A stretch of DNA of 64,000 nucleotides from Pedosphaera sp. (GTDB taxonomy: Bacteria; Verrucomicrobiota; Verrucomicrobiia; Limisphaerales; SIBH01): positions 1-64,000 of the forward strand of contig JANOQV010000030.1 in NCBI GenBank assembly GCA_031414955.1, in the 5' to 3' direction. The notes under the pieces are model-generated. The model searched no databases. It had not been told where the DNA came from and saw only the letters and a program-made list of their open reading frames with translations. Of this stretch, positions 55,884 to 64,000 are shown one piece after another. Both the position numbers and the translations under genes were made by a program. Position 1 is the stretch's first letter. Each line of letters opens with the position of its first letter.

Positions 55884-58800
55884 ATGAAACGCACTCTTGT
55901 TGCTGTGTCGGCCCTGTTGGCGGTCTCCGCCCTGGCGGTTCTCCCTCCCGGGAGAGCACCGCTGCCCAACCTCGATCGGCGTGCCTCGCGGGCCGCGAAC
56001 CTGCCCAACGAAGTGGCGCCCGAGCAGGCGGTCGCCGTGTCGGCCTTGCGCTCCCGCGTGCCGGGCCTGAAGGTCACGCGCAGCGTGGTGCTGGGATCGC
56101 CGGTCTTTTTCTCCTCGACCGACGCGCTGCTCACCGGGCCGGACGCGCAGGGTCTGGGCGTGCTGCCGGCCACGGCCCAAGGCATCCCATCCAACGATCC
56201 GCATCGCGCGGTCAAAGCCTTTCTCAACGAACACGCCGGATTGATCGGATACAACGCCAGTGCCCTGACGGGTGCCCGCGTGAGCCGCGACTACGTGGCC
56301 ACGCACAACGGGATGCGGACCGTGGTCTGGCAGCAGGAGTTGAACGGGCTGCCGGTCTTCGAGGCCATCACCATGGGGCACATCACTTCCCAGGGCGAAC
56401 TGGTGAACCTCTATTCGCATTTTCTGCCCGACGCCAGCACGGCGGCGGCGCGCGGTTTGAAGGGGCGGGCTACGGTCGCGGCGGCGGCGGGTGCGGTTCA
56501 AATCTCGGTGCTGACGGCCATGTCCGTTGCGGCCGGCAATCTCGGGGATGTGGTTGCTCCTGGATCGTTGACCAGCCTCGGCGCGGCCCAGGGTCCGGCG
56601 CTCAAGCAGACGTTTCGTGGCTCGGGCGCGCTCAATGGCGACCAATACGGCGAACTGGTCTGGCTGCCTATGAACTCCGGCCTGGCCCGGCTCTGCTGGC
56701 AGGTCATCATCACCAGCAAGGCGCGCGGTGAAATGTTCCTGCTCCTGGTCGATGCCGAGACCGGCGAGGTTTTGCTGCGGCGCAATCTGACCAGTTACAT
56801 CACCAACTCGACCTACAACGTGTGGACCAGCGACAGCCCTTCTCCCTTCTCGCCCGGTTATCCCACGCCCGGAAATCCGGCCCAGCCGGCGGTCATCGCC
56901 CGGACTCTCGTGACCATCCCGGCTTTGAACACCAACGCCTCGCCGCTCGGCTGGATCGCCGAGACCGTGAACGAGACGCTGGGCAACAACGTCGATGCGC
57001 ACACCGACCACAACGACAACAACCAAGCCGACCTCCCGCGGCCGACGGGCAATCCGTTCCACGTTTTTGATTTTCCGATCGATTTGGCCAAGTCGCCGAC
57101 CAATTACAGCACGGGCGCGGTGGTGCAGCTCTTCTACTGGAACAATTTCGTGCATGACAAATTGTGGGAGATGGGTTTCACCGAGGCGGCGGGCAATTTT
57201 CAGACGACGAATTTTGGGCGTGGTGGCCTGGGCAATGATGCGGTGCAGGCCGATGCCCAGGATGGTGGAACCCTGAACGACGGGTTTCATGTCAACAACG
57301 CCAACATGTTCACGCCGCCCGACGGTTTTCCGGCGCGGATGCAAATGTATCTGTTCGATGGCACGGATCCCGACCGGGATGGCGATTTCGACGCGGAGAT
57401 CATCATCCACGAATACATGCATGGCCTGAGCAATCGCCGGGTTGGAGGCGGCATCGGGATTAGCACCCTGCAAGCGGCGGGCATGGGGGAAGGGTGGGGG
57501 GATTTTTACGGCTTGAGCATGCTCAGTGAATCCAACGACCCCATCAACGGCGAATGGGCCATGGGCGGTTATGCCACACTCAATTTTGCCGGCCTCAACC
57601 TGACGGATAATTACTACTTCGGCATCCGCCATTTTCCGTACTCCACGAATCTTTTGAAGAACCCGTTCACCTTCAAGGACATCGACCCGACTCAGATCAG
57701 TCCTCATGCTGGGATTCCCCGCAGTCCGCTGTACCTTCCGTACACTCCCTTCGAGGCCGATGAGGTTCACCATCAGGGCGAAGTGTGGTGCGTAACCTTG
57801 TTCGAGATGCGGGCCAATCTCATTGCGAAGTACGGCTTCGCGGGCAACCGGGTCGCGCTCCAACTCGTGACCGATGCCATGGCCTTGTGCCCGCCCAACC
57901 CTAACTTCCTCCAATCGCGCGATGCCATTCTGCAGGCCGACGTGGTCAACAACACCAACGCCAATTACGCCGAGATTTGGAAAGCATTTGCCAAGCGTGG
58001 CATGGGGAGCAGCGCGACCTCGCCGAACAGCACGACCACCGTGGGCGTCCATGAGTCCTTTGACTTCCCGGGCCTGGCGGTTACGACGGTCGCGGTGAAT
58101 GACGTCTTCTCCGGCAATGGCAACGGGGCCATCGATTTCAATGAATGCGTCGAGATTTCGGTGGGGTTGCGCAATAACTCCGTCACCACGGCCCGCTCGG
58201 TGTCCGGCACCCTGCGGACTACGACTCCGGGGGTGACCATCGCCCAGTCCAACGCCGTCTATGCGGATCTGGCGCCGGGTGCCTCGGGGTTGAACCTCAC
58301 GCCTTACCGTGTTTATACCGATCCGACCTTTGTTTGCGGCACCCCTATTCAGTTCGCGCTCGTGGCTTCGGCCATCACCACCACGCAGTCCGTGACCACG
58401 AATTTGTTTCAGTTGCGCAGTGGCTTCGTGAGCCTCAACCCCACGTTGATCAACAACAGCACGCCGGCCAGCATCCCGGACGGCAGCACCAACGGGGTGG
58501 AGTCGTTGATCAATGTTTCTGGTCTCGCGGCCGCCGTGGGCAAGATCACAGTTTCTCTCCATCTTACCCACACCTACGCCAGCGACCTTCTCCTCCAGTT
58601 GATCGGCCCGGATGGCACCACGGTGGACCTCTCCCAAAATCAAGGCGGGGCCGGGCAGAATTTTGGGGCGAGCTGCAGCCCGACGACCTTGCGCACCACT
58701 TTTGATGACAACGCGCCCCAGGCGCTGAGTTCCGCAGTCGCACCCTTCATCGGCACGTTCCGTCCGGATGAAACTTTGACCGCCTTCGCGGGTAAATCCG

Positions 58801-61800
58801 GCGCGGCTTTGAACGGCACCTGGCGTCTGCGGATCGTGGACGGCTTCCCGCAGGATGCCGGGACGTTGCAGTGCTGGACCTTGGCGCTTTATCCCACGCT
58901 CTGCACCAATGGCGGAGGCACCTGCGTTTCCGACGTGGCGCTGAACGCCACCGCCGCGCCCGACCCGGCTGTGGCGGGCTTTGATCTGACCTATCAACTT
59001 GCCGTGACCAACAGCCGCCCGATCCCGGCCTCCGCTGTGGTGCTCACCCATGTCCTTTCCTCGAACGCCACCTTCGTTTCCGCCCTCTCCAGCCAGGCGG
59101 CTTGTGCGTTCAACAACGGCACCGTGACATGCGTGTTCGGCACCTTGCCGGTTGGGGCCAATGCCAGTGCCACCATCGTGATCCGGCCGCTCGCCGTGGG
59201 CCTCATCAGCAGCGTCTTCTCCGCTGGCTCCTCCACGCCGGACTCCAACCTTTCCAACAATGTCGTCACGCTGAACTCGGTCGTAATCGGGCCGGCTCCG
59301 GCCTTTGCTGCCGCCGGCGCGCAGGTCGTCGCCGAGAGCATCGCGCCGCCAACCGGTGGCATTGAGGCCGGAGAGACGGTGTCCGTGAACCTGGGCCTGC
59401 GTAACGTCGGGCCGATTGCCTCGGGGAACCTCGTGGCCACTCTCATCGAGGGCAACGGAGTAATCGCTCCTGGTGCCGCCCAGAGTTACGGCGCGATTGC
59501 TTCGGGCGGCGTGGGGACGCAGTTGTTTTCCTTCTCGGCTCCGGGCGCGCCCGGCACCTCCATCGACGCCGTGTTGCAACTTCAGGATGGGGTGCAAAAC
59601 CTGGGTGTTGTTACCTTCCACTTCACCGTCGGTGGCGAGGTCACGTTCGAGAACAACGCCCCCATCGTGATCAACCAGTTTGGGGCCTCGACGCCGTATC
59701 CGTCCGTGATCAACGCCGGCGGCGTGGTCGGCTCGCTGGCCGGGGTGCGGGCCACGTTCACCAAGCTCACCCACAGCTTTCCCGATGACATCGACGCTTT
59801 GCTGGTCAGCCCGCAGGGGCAGAGGCTACTGCTCATGTCAGACGCGGGAGGCAACGTCGCGATCACCAACCGTACGCTTACTTTCGACGATGCGGCGGCC
59901 GGCCCGTTGCCCAACGAGACGGGCCTGGTGGCGGGCAGCTTCCGTCCCTCAAATTTCGATTCCGGCACCGAGCCGGGCGGAGACATCTTTCCCGCGCCCG
60001 CGCCCGTCGGTTCACTCATCACTTCCCTGGCGGGCTTTGCCGGCAGCGATCCGAACGGGCCTTGGTCGCTGTTCATTCACGACGATGGCGGTGGGGATGC
60101 CGGCTCGGTTTCCGGTGGTTGGTCGCTGACTTTGAACACGGTTTATCCGGTCAATCCCTTGGCCGATCTCGCCGTGACGGCCGTGGCGGTTCCCGCTGCG
60201 CCCATCCTTGATGAGCCGCTCACCCTGATCCTGACTGTGACCAATCTTGGCCCTAGCAATGCGCCTTCCGTGGTCCTGACCGACGTTCTCCCGGCCGGCA
60301 GTTCCTTCGTGAACGGTTCCGCCAGCCAAGGCGGGGGAGTGAGTTTCGCTGCTGGAGTCGTGACGGCGAATCTTGGCTCGATGAACGTCGGCTCCAGCGC
60401 CACGGTCACGATTCAATTGACACCCACAGCCCTCGGCCTGGCCGTCAACAGCGCCACCGTCTCGGGTGCTTTGACTGATCTGGTGCCCGTCAACAACACC
60501 GCTATCACGGCGCTCACGGTGGGCAGTCCCGTGGGTGATGTGTCGCTGTCGGTCGTCGCTTCGGCCCAGCCGGTGTTCCTCTCCAGCAATGTCGTCTTCA
60601 CCGTGCTCATCACCAATCGCGGTCCGAACCACGCCGCCCATGTGCAGGCCGGCACTTTCATGGCCTCCGTGCTGAGCGTGGTCTCCGCTGTCACGACGCA
60701 GGGTGGATGTGTTTTCGCCAGTGGCCAGGCGCTCTGCGACCTCGGCGATCTTCCGGCCAACGGCAGCGCGGTCGTGACCATTACCGCCGTGGCTTCGTCC
60801 ATCGGTTCGGCCCCGGCCAATTTCGCCGTGAGTTCCGACCCGACCGACCCCGTGCCGGCCAACAACTCGACCAACCTGCTTTGCACGGTCATTCCGACCT
60901 CGCCGGTGATTGTTCCGGCTGGCTCCGCGCTGCTCAACGAAGCCCTTCCGGCCAACGGCTCCATTGAATCAGGCGAGACCGTGACCTTGAGCTTCGGCCT
61001 GCGTAACGTCGGCAACGCCGACGCCGCGGACCTCATCGCCACGCTCCTTCCAACCGGTGGCGTCACTGGCCCGGGCGGACCGTTCCATTTCGGTGCGCTG
61101 CTCGCGAACGGTCCCACCGTCTCGAAGCCTTACAGTTTCACCGCGGGCGGCGCTCCGGGCAGCGCGCTCACGGCCACATTCCAGTTGTCGGACAACGGGC
61201 AAAGCCTCGGCACGGCGGTGTTCGCCTTTACCTTGAGCGCGAGTCGCTCCTTCACGAACAGCAACCTGATCATCATTCCCAACCAGGGACAGGCCACGAA
61301 TTATCCTTCAACGCTCAACGTCTCCGGCATTGCCGGCGCGGCCAGCCGGGTGACCGTGAATATCAAACAGTTGACTCACACCTTCCCCGAAGACATCGAC
61401 CTGCTCCTCGTTGGTCCCGCCGGGCAGAAAGTGCTGCTCATGTCCGACGCGGGCGCGGGCAATGCCGTCAGCGGCGTCAACCTGACTTTCGACGACGCGG
61501 CCACGGCGCTGCCGTTTAGTTCTATTATTTCCAGTGGCACCTATCATGGGACGGATTATCCGCCTGGCGACACGTTCCCGGCTCCCGCTCCGGCTGGGCC
61601 TTACGGCACCAATCTCGCCGTGTTCAACGGGATCAATCCCAACGGCACCTGGTCGCTCTACATCTTTGATGACGCCGTCGGCGACGCGGGCCGTGTCGAT
61701 GGTGGTTGGACCCTGAACATCCAGACCGCCGCTCCCATCGTCTCCGCTGCGGATGTCGCGGTGACGGCGATCGCCCCGACGGTCGTCGAATCTGGCACGC

Positions 61801-62309
61801 CTTTCAGCTACGTGCTGACGGTGGCAAATTTCGGACCGGCACCCGCCACTGGCGTCACTTTGAGTGATTCGTTGCCGGCGGGTTTCATCCTCAGTGGCGT
61901 CACGGTCAGTCAGGGCAGCTACAGCACTGGTCCTGGCACCATCACGGCAAACCTTGGAGCGCTCGCCCTTGGTGCCACCGCCACCGTCACCGTGAATGGT
62001 GCCGCCGTCGGGCCGATCACTCTCGTGAATCTCGTCTCCGTCAGCGCGGTTCAGGCCGATCCCAATCCGGCCAACAATCTCCTCGCGCCGGCGACGACGG
62101 TGAACGCGCTTGCCCTCACCATCCAGCGCAGCGATGGCAACGTAATCATCACCTGGCCGTTCCCGGCCCCGGGCTACGTCCTGCAATCCGCCGCCACCAT
62201 CGAGGGGCCGTTTACCAACTCGGGCCTTTCCGTCACGACGGTCAACGGTCGGAACCAGGTCGTCGCGCCCGCCACCGGATCGACCTACTACCGCCTCCAG
62301 AAACCGTAA
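55884..62309 (+). CDS. Exported M36 (fungalysin-family) zinc metalloprotease with FTP/PepSY-like propeptide, 3 P-domains, DUF11 repeats and C-terminal domain; about 2141 aa
   Basis: Signal MKRTLVAVSALLAVSALA and propeptide with LVDAETGEVL. TLGNNVDA, GFTEAAGNFQ, NNANMFTPPDG..ARMQMYLF, HEYMHGLSNR (57408-), GMGEGWGD, EVHHQGEVW, FLQSRDAILQAD, FAKRGMG. Confidence 0.93.
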   Translation: MKRTLVAVSALLAVSALAVLPPGRAPLPNLDRRASRAANLPNEVAPEQAVAVSALRSRVPGLKVTRSVVLGSPVFFSSTDALLTGPDAQGLGVLPATAQGIPSNDPHRAVKAFLNEHAGLIGYNASALTGARVSRDYVATHNGMRTVVWQQELNGLPVFEAITMGHITSQGELVNLYSHFLPDASTAAARGLKGRATVAAAAGAVQISVLTAMSVAAGNLGDVVAPGSLTSLGAAQGPALKQTFRGSGALNGDQYGELVWLPMNSGLARLCWQVIITSKARGEMFLLLVDAETGEVLLRRNLTSYITNSTYNVWTSDSPSPFSPGYPTPGNPAQPAVIARTLVTIPALNTNASPLGWIAETVNETLGNNVDAHTDHNDNNQADLPRPTGNPFHVFDFPIDLAKSPTNYSTGAVVQLFYWNNFVHDKLWEMGFTEAAGNFQTTNFGRGGLGNDAVQADAQDGGTLNDGFHVNNANMFTPPDGFPARMQMYLFDGTDPDRDGDFDAEIIIHEYMHGLSNRRVGGGIGISTLQAAGMGEGWGDFYGLSMLSESNDPINGEWAMGGYATLNFAGLNLTDNYYFGIRHFPYSTNLLKNPFTFKDIDPTQISPHAGIPRSPLYLPYTPFEADEVHHQGEVWCVTLFEMRANLIAKYGFAGNRVALQLVTDAMALCPPNPNFLQSRDAILQADVVNNTNANYAEIWKAFAKRGMGSSATSPNSTTTVGVHESFDFPGLAVTTVAVNDVFSGNGNGAIDFNECVEISVGLRNNSVTTARSVSGTLRTTTPGVTIAQSNAVYADLAPGASGLNLTPYRVYTDPTFVCGTPIQFALVASAITTTQSVTTNLFQLRSGFVSLNPTLINNSTPASIPDGSTNGVESLINVSGLAAAVGKITVSLHLTHTYASDLLLQLIGPDGTTVDLSQNQGGAGQNFGASCSPTTLRTTFDDNAPQALSSAVAPFIGTFRPDETLTAFAGKSGAALNGTWRLRIVDGFPQDAGTLQCWTLALYPTLCTNGGGTCVSDVALNATAAPDPAVAGFDLTYQLAVTNSRPIPASAVVLTHVLSSNATFVSALSSQAACAFNNGTVTCVFGTLPVGANASATIVIRPLAVGLISSVFSAGSSTPDSNLSNNVVTLNSVVIGPAPAFAAAGAQVVAESIAPPTGGIEAGETVSVNLGLRNVGPIASGNLVATLIEGNGVIAPGAAQSYGAIASGGVGTQLFSFSAPGAPGTSIDAVLQLQDGVQNLGVVTFHFTVGGEVTFENNAPIVINQFGASTPYPSVINAGGVVGSLAGVRATFTKLTHSFPDDIDALLVSPQGQRLLLMSDAGGNVAITNRTLTFDDAAAGPLPNETGLVAGSFRPSNFDSGTEPGGDIFPAPAPVGSLITSLAGFAGSDPNGPWSLFIHDDGGGDAGSVSGGWSLTLNTVYPVNPLADLAVTAVAVPAAPILDEPLTLILTVTNLGPSNAPSVVLTDVLPAGSSFVNGSASQGGGVSFAAGVVTANLGSMNVGSSATVTIQLTPTALGLAVNSATVSGALTDLVPVNNTAITALTVGSPVGDVSLSVVASAQPVFLSSNVVFTVLITNRGPNHAAHVQAGTFMASVLSVVSAVTTQGGCVFASGQALCDLGDLPANGSAVVTITAVASSIGSAPANFAVSSDPTDPVPANNSTNLLCTVIPTSPVIVPAGSALLNEALPANGSIESGETVTLSFGLRNVGNADAADLIATLLPTGGVTGPGGPFHFGALLANGPTVSKPYSFTAGGAPGSALTATFQLSDNGQSLGTAVFAFTLSASRSFTNSNLIIIPNQGQATNYPSTLNVSGIAGAASRVTVNIKQLTHTFPEDIDLLLVGPAGQKVLLMSDAGAGNAVSGVNLTFDDAATALPFSSIISSGTYHGTDYPPGDTFPAPAPAGPYGTNLAVFNGINPNGTWSLYIFDDAVGDAGRVDGGWTLNIQTAAPIVSAADVAVTAIAPTVVESGTPFSYVLTVANFGPAPATGVTLSDSLPAGFILSGVTVSQGSYSTGPGTITANLGALALGATATVTVNGAAVGPITLVNLVSVSAVQADPNPANNLLAPATTVNALALTIQRSDGNVIITWPFPAPGYVLQSAATIEGPFTNSGLSVTTVNGRNQVVAPATGSTYYRLQKP

Positions 62310-62330
62310 TCGTCCTCCGGCGTCGCACGG

Positions 62331-62927
62331 ATGAAACTCTTCGGGCTGACCGGCGGGATCGGGATGGGCAAATCCACCTCGGCCGGCCTGCTCTCCCTCG
62401 GCGGGATTCCTGTCCTCGACACCGACGTCATCGCGCGGGAAATCGTCGAGCCGGGGCAGTCAGCCCTCACTGAGATCGCTGCGGCGTTTGGGGTTGAACT
62501 GATTGATGCCGAAGGGAAACTCCGCCGCGCCGCGCTCGCTGAGATTGTCTTTTCCTCGCCGGAGAAATTGAAGGAACTCGAAGCCATCCTGCATCCTCTC
62601 ATCCGCGAACGCTGGCGCGGCCAGGCGGCGCTCTGGCGGCGGGAAGGCCGGTTGGCCGGCGTGGTCATCATTCCTCTTTTGTTCGAGACCGGTTCTCAGT
62701 CGTACTTCGATTCGATCCTTTGCACCGTCTGCTCACCGCGCACCCAGCAGGAACGATTGGTCGCGCGGGGTTGGCCAGAACACCAGATCCAGCAGCGCCT
62801 GGCTGCGCAATGGCCGGTGGAAAAAAAGGTGGCCGCCTCGAATTTTGTGATCTGGACCGAGGGCGTGATGGAAATCCATCTCCTCCAGTTGCGGCGTATC
62901 CTCGGCGATTACCTGCCCCCACGCTGA
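62331..62927 (+). CDS. coaE: Dephospho-CoA kinase
   Basis: GLTGGIGMGKST P-loop, DTDVIAREIVEPG, LEAILHPLI, IPLLFE, QERLVARG. Confidence 0.95.
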   Translation: MKLFGLTGGIGMGKSTSAGLLSLGGIPVLDTDVIAREIVEPGQSALTEIAAAFGVELIDAEGKLRRAALAEIVFSSPEKLKELEAILHPLIRERWRGQAALWRREGRLAGVVIIPLLFETGSQSYFDSILCTVCSPRTQQERLVARGWPEHQIQQRLAAQWPVEKKVAASNFVIWTEGVMEIHLLQLRRILGDYLPPR

Positions 62928-63313
62928 TTCCAACTCGACAGACCGGAGAGCACGAGCACGAGCGTGCCGAAGATCGTCCCGCTGATGGGGGTGGGAATGC
63001 CCGCCAGGACTCCTCCGAGCAAGCCTTTGAGCAAAGCGCCGCCGAAGCTGTCGCCGTTGCGCCGGCGCTGGATCCAGAATACACCCGCCGTGGTGATGAG
63101 GAAGGCCAGGGGCGCGGTGATGATGGCGGCGGCTTCGGCGGTCACGGCTTCCGGTGCGAAGAAGAACCAATCGACCGCGAGAATGAGCAGACCGCTCGTG
63201 GGGTGAAGCCAGAACCTGGTGCGTGGCCGTGGGGTTGGGCCGGCATCCTCGTATCTCTGGAGGCGCACGGGGATTTGCGGTGGCACCACGGCCGGCTTTT
63301 CCTGCTCGTTCAC
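62909..63313 (-). CDS. Small hypothetical membrane protein, 134 aa
   Basis: GTG start and 3-4 hydrophobic segments (LHPTSGLLILAVDWFFF; GVLAGIPTPISGT). Fills the gap between coaE and glgB. Confidence 0.65.
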   Translation of the reverse strand: MNEQEKPAVVPPQIPVRLQRYEDAGPTPRPRTRFWLHPTSGLLILAVDWFFFAPEAVTAEAAAIITAPLAFLITTAGVFWIQRRRNGDSFGGALLKGLLGGVLAGIPTPISGTIFGTLVLVLSGLSSWNQRGGR

Positions 63314-63352
63314 GCGGCCACCCTAAGCCAGGCCGGGCGTGATTGGAACATC

Positions 63353-63391
63353 GAGATTTGGAGCTTCGTTGGAATTTGGAATTTGGTGTTT
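63353..63391. repeat. Another copy of the heptamer repeat element
   Basis: GAGATTT GGAGCTT cgtt GGAATTT GGAATTT GGTGTTT. The reverse complement has the same 7-7-(4 nt)-AAGCTCC-7 layout as 3533-3564. Confidence 0.7.
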
Positions 63392-63416
63392 CCCGCGGGT
63401 CTGGCATCCTCCGGCC

Positions 63417-64000
63417 ATGATTCTGTCACCCGCGGAACTCGAGACCCTCATCCAGGTCAGGCATCGCTCACCCCACACGCTGCTCGGCATGCACCCGCTC
63501 GGGGACGGTTCGGGCGTCGTGGTGCGCGCGTATGCGCCGGGCGCGGCCAGCGTCGCCATCGAGCCGACCCACGAGAAGAAGAAGCCTTCCATCAAGCTGC
63601 AGCGCATTCACGAGAGCGGTCTGTTCGAGGGCATGAGCAAGGAGGCCGGCCACGTTTATGCCTACGACCTGGTGGTGACGGACGCGGCGGGCAAGCCGTG
63701 GCGGATGCGTGACGCTTATTCTTTCCTGCCCACGCTGGGTGAGCAGGACCTGTATCTCTTCGGCAAGGGCGACGAGAGGAAAATTTTCGACAAGCTGGGC
63801 GCGCACCTGCGGGTCATCGACGGCGTGCATGGCACAAGCTTCGCCGTGTGGGCTCCGAACGCCCAGCGCGTCAGCGTGGTCGGCGACTTTAACAACTGGG
63901 ATGGTCGCGTTTACCCGATGCGGAGTCTGGGCGCCTCGGGCGTGTGGGAGATTTTCATTCCCGGCGTGGGCGAGGGTGCGCTCTACAAATTTGAGATCCT
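63417..64000 (+). CDS. glgB: 1,4-alpha-glucan branching enzyme GlgB, 5' part (runs off the window)
   Basis: Not in the ORF track because it has no stop in the window. ATG 63417 reads MILSPAELETLIQVRHRSPHTLLGMHP...DAYSFLPTLGEQDLYLFGKG...KLGAH...GTSFAVWAPNAQRVSVVGDFNNWDGRVYPMRSLGASGVWEIFIPGVGEGALYKFEI. Confidence 0.95.
   Translation, partial: MILSPAELETLIQVRHRSPHTLLGMHPLGDGSGVVVRAYAPGAASVAIEPTHEKKKPSIKLQRIHESGLFEGMSKEAGHVYAYDLVVTDAAGKPWRMRDAYSFLPTLGEQDLYLFGKGDERKIFDKLGAHLRVIDGVHGTSFAVWAPNAQRVSVVGDFNNWDGRVYPMRSLGASGVWEIFIPGVGEGALYKFEI

Noticed and set aside
55875..59774. Very long antisense ORFs (55875-59774, 51963-55526, 38880-42617, 25838-28525 on minus; 3680-5914 and 1955-3517 on plus)
   Set aside because: They are shadow frames of high-GC genes with strong codon bias. 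They lie opposite well-supported CDSs and show no recognisable motifs.
21944..62309. Type I (RTX), type V (autotransporter/TPS) or PEP-CTERM export of the giant proteins
   Set aside because: No GGxGxDxL nonapeptide arrays, C-terminal barrel, TPS domain, PEP+TM+basic tail or adjacent ABC/TolC genes are visible, and N-terminal signal peptides are present.

Overview
GC-rich bacterial window. The protein families point to Verrucomicrobiota, probably Pedosphaera/Limisphaera-like (inference). Left part: three tandem type IV pilin genes (the first cut by the window edge) converge on a YfhO-like GT-C membrane glycosyltransferase and an SGNH-TPR protein. A COG0523 (CobW-like) GTPase and a small membrane protein follow. 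Middle: a four-gene type IV pilus/T2SS-like operon (PilM-PilN fusion, Amuc_1100/PilO-like, Amuc_1099-like, TPR-secretin), collinear with the Akkermansia Amuc_1101-1098 cluster, then a stand-alone 5'-3' exonuclease. About 46.5 kb (15.8-62.3 kb) is a co-oriented array of seven exported proteins of about 470-4770 aa. They are built from Calx-beta, delta-60 beta-propeller, P-domain, DUF11 and PKD modules plus M11-like and M36 zinc metalloprotease domains. coaE, a small membrane protein and the 5' part of glgB close the window. Best leads: (1) five large proteins share a ~65-75 aa C-terminal domain ending in (V/F/Y)(F/Y)R(L/A/V)..P-stop, a candidate sorting signal for the adjacent secretin machine; (2) exported proteins show strong Thr-Asn (TN over NT) enrichment, a candidate non-canonical glycosylation sequon; (3) the pilins carry a Cys3-His putative zinc site; (4) a matrixin-like protein has lost its zinc ligands; (5) whole domains are grafted into the same turn of delta-60 propeller blades. 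No rRNA, tRNA, CRISPR array or transposase was seen. All family assignments come from motif recognition by eye, not database searches.
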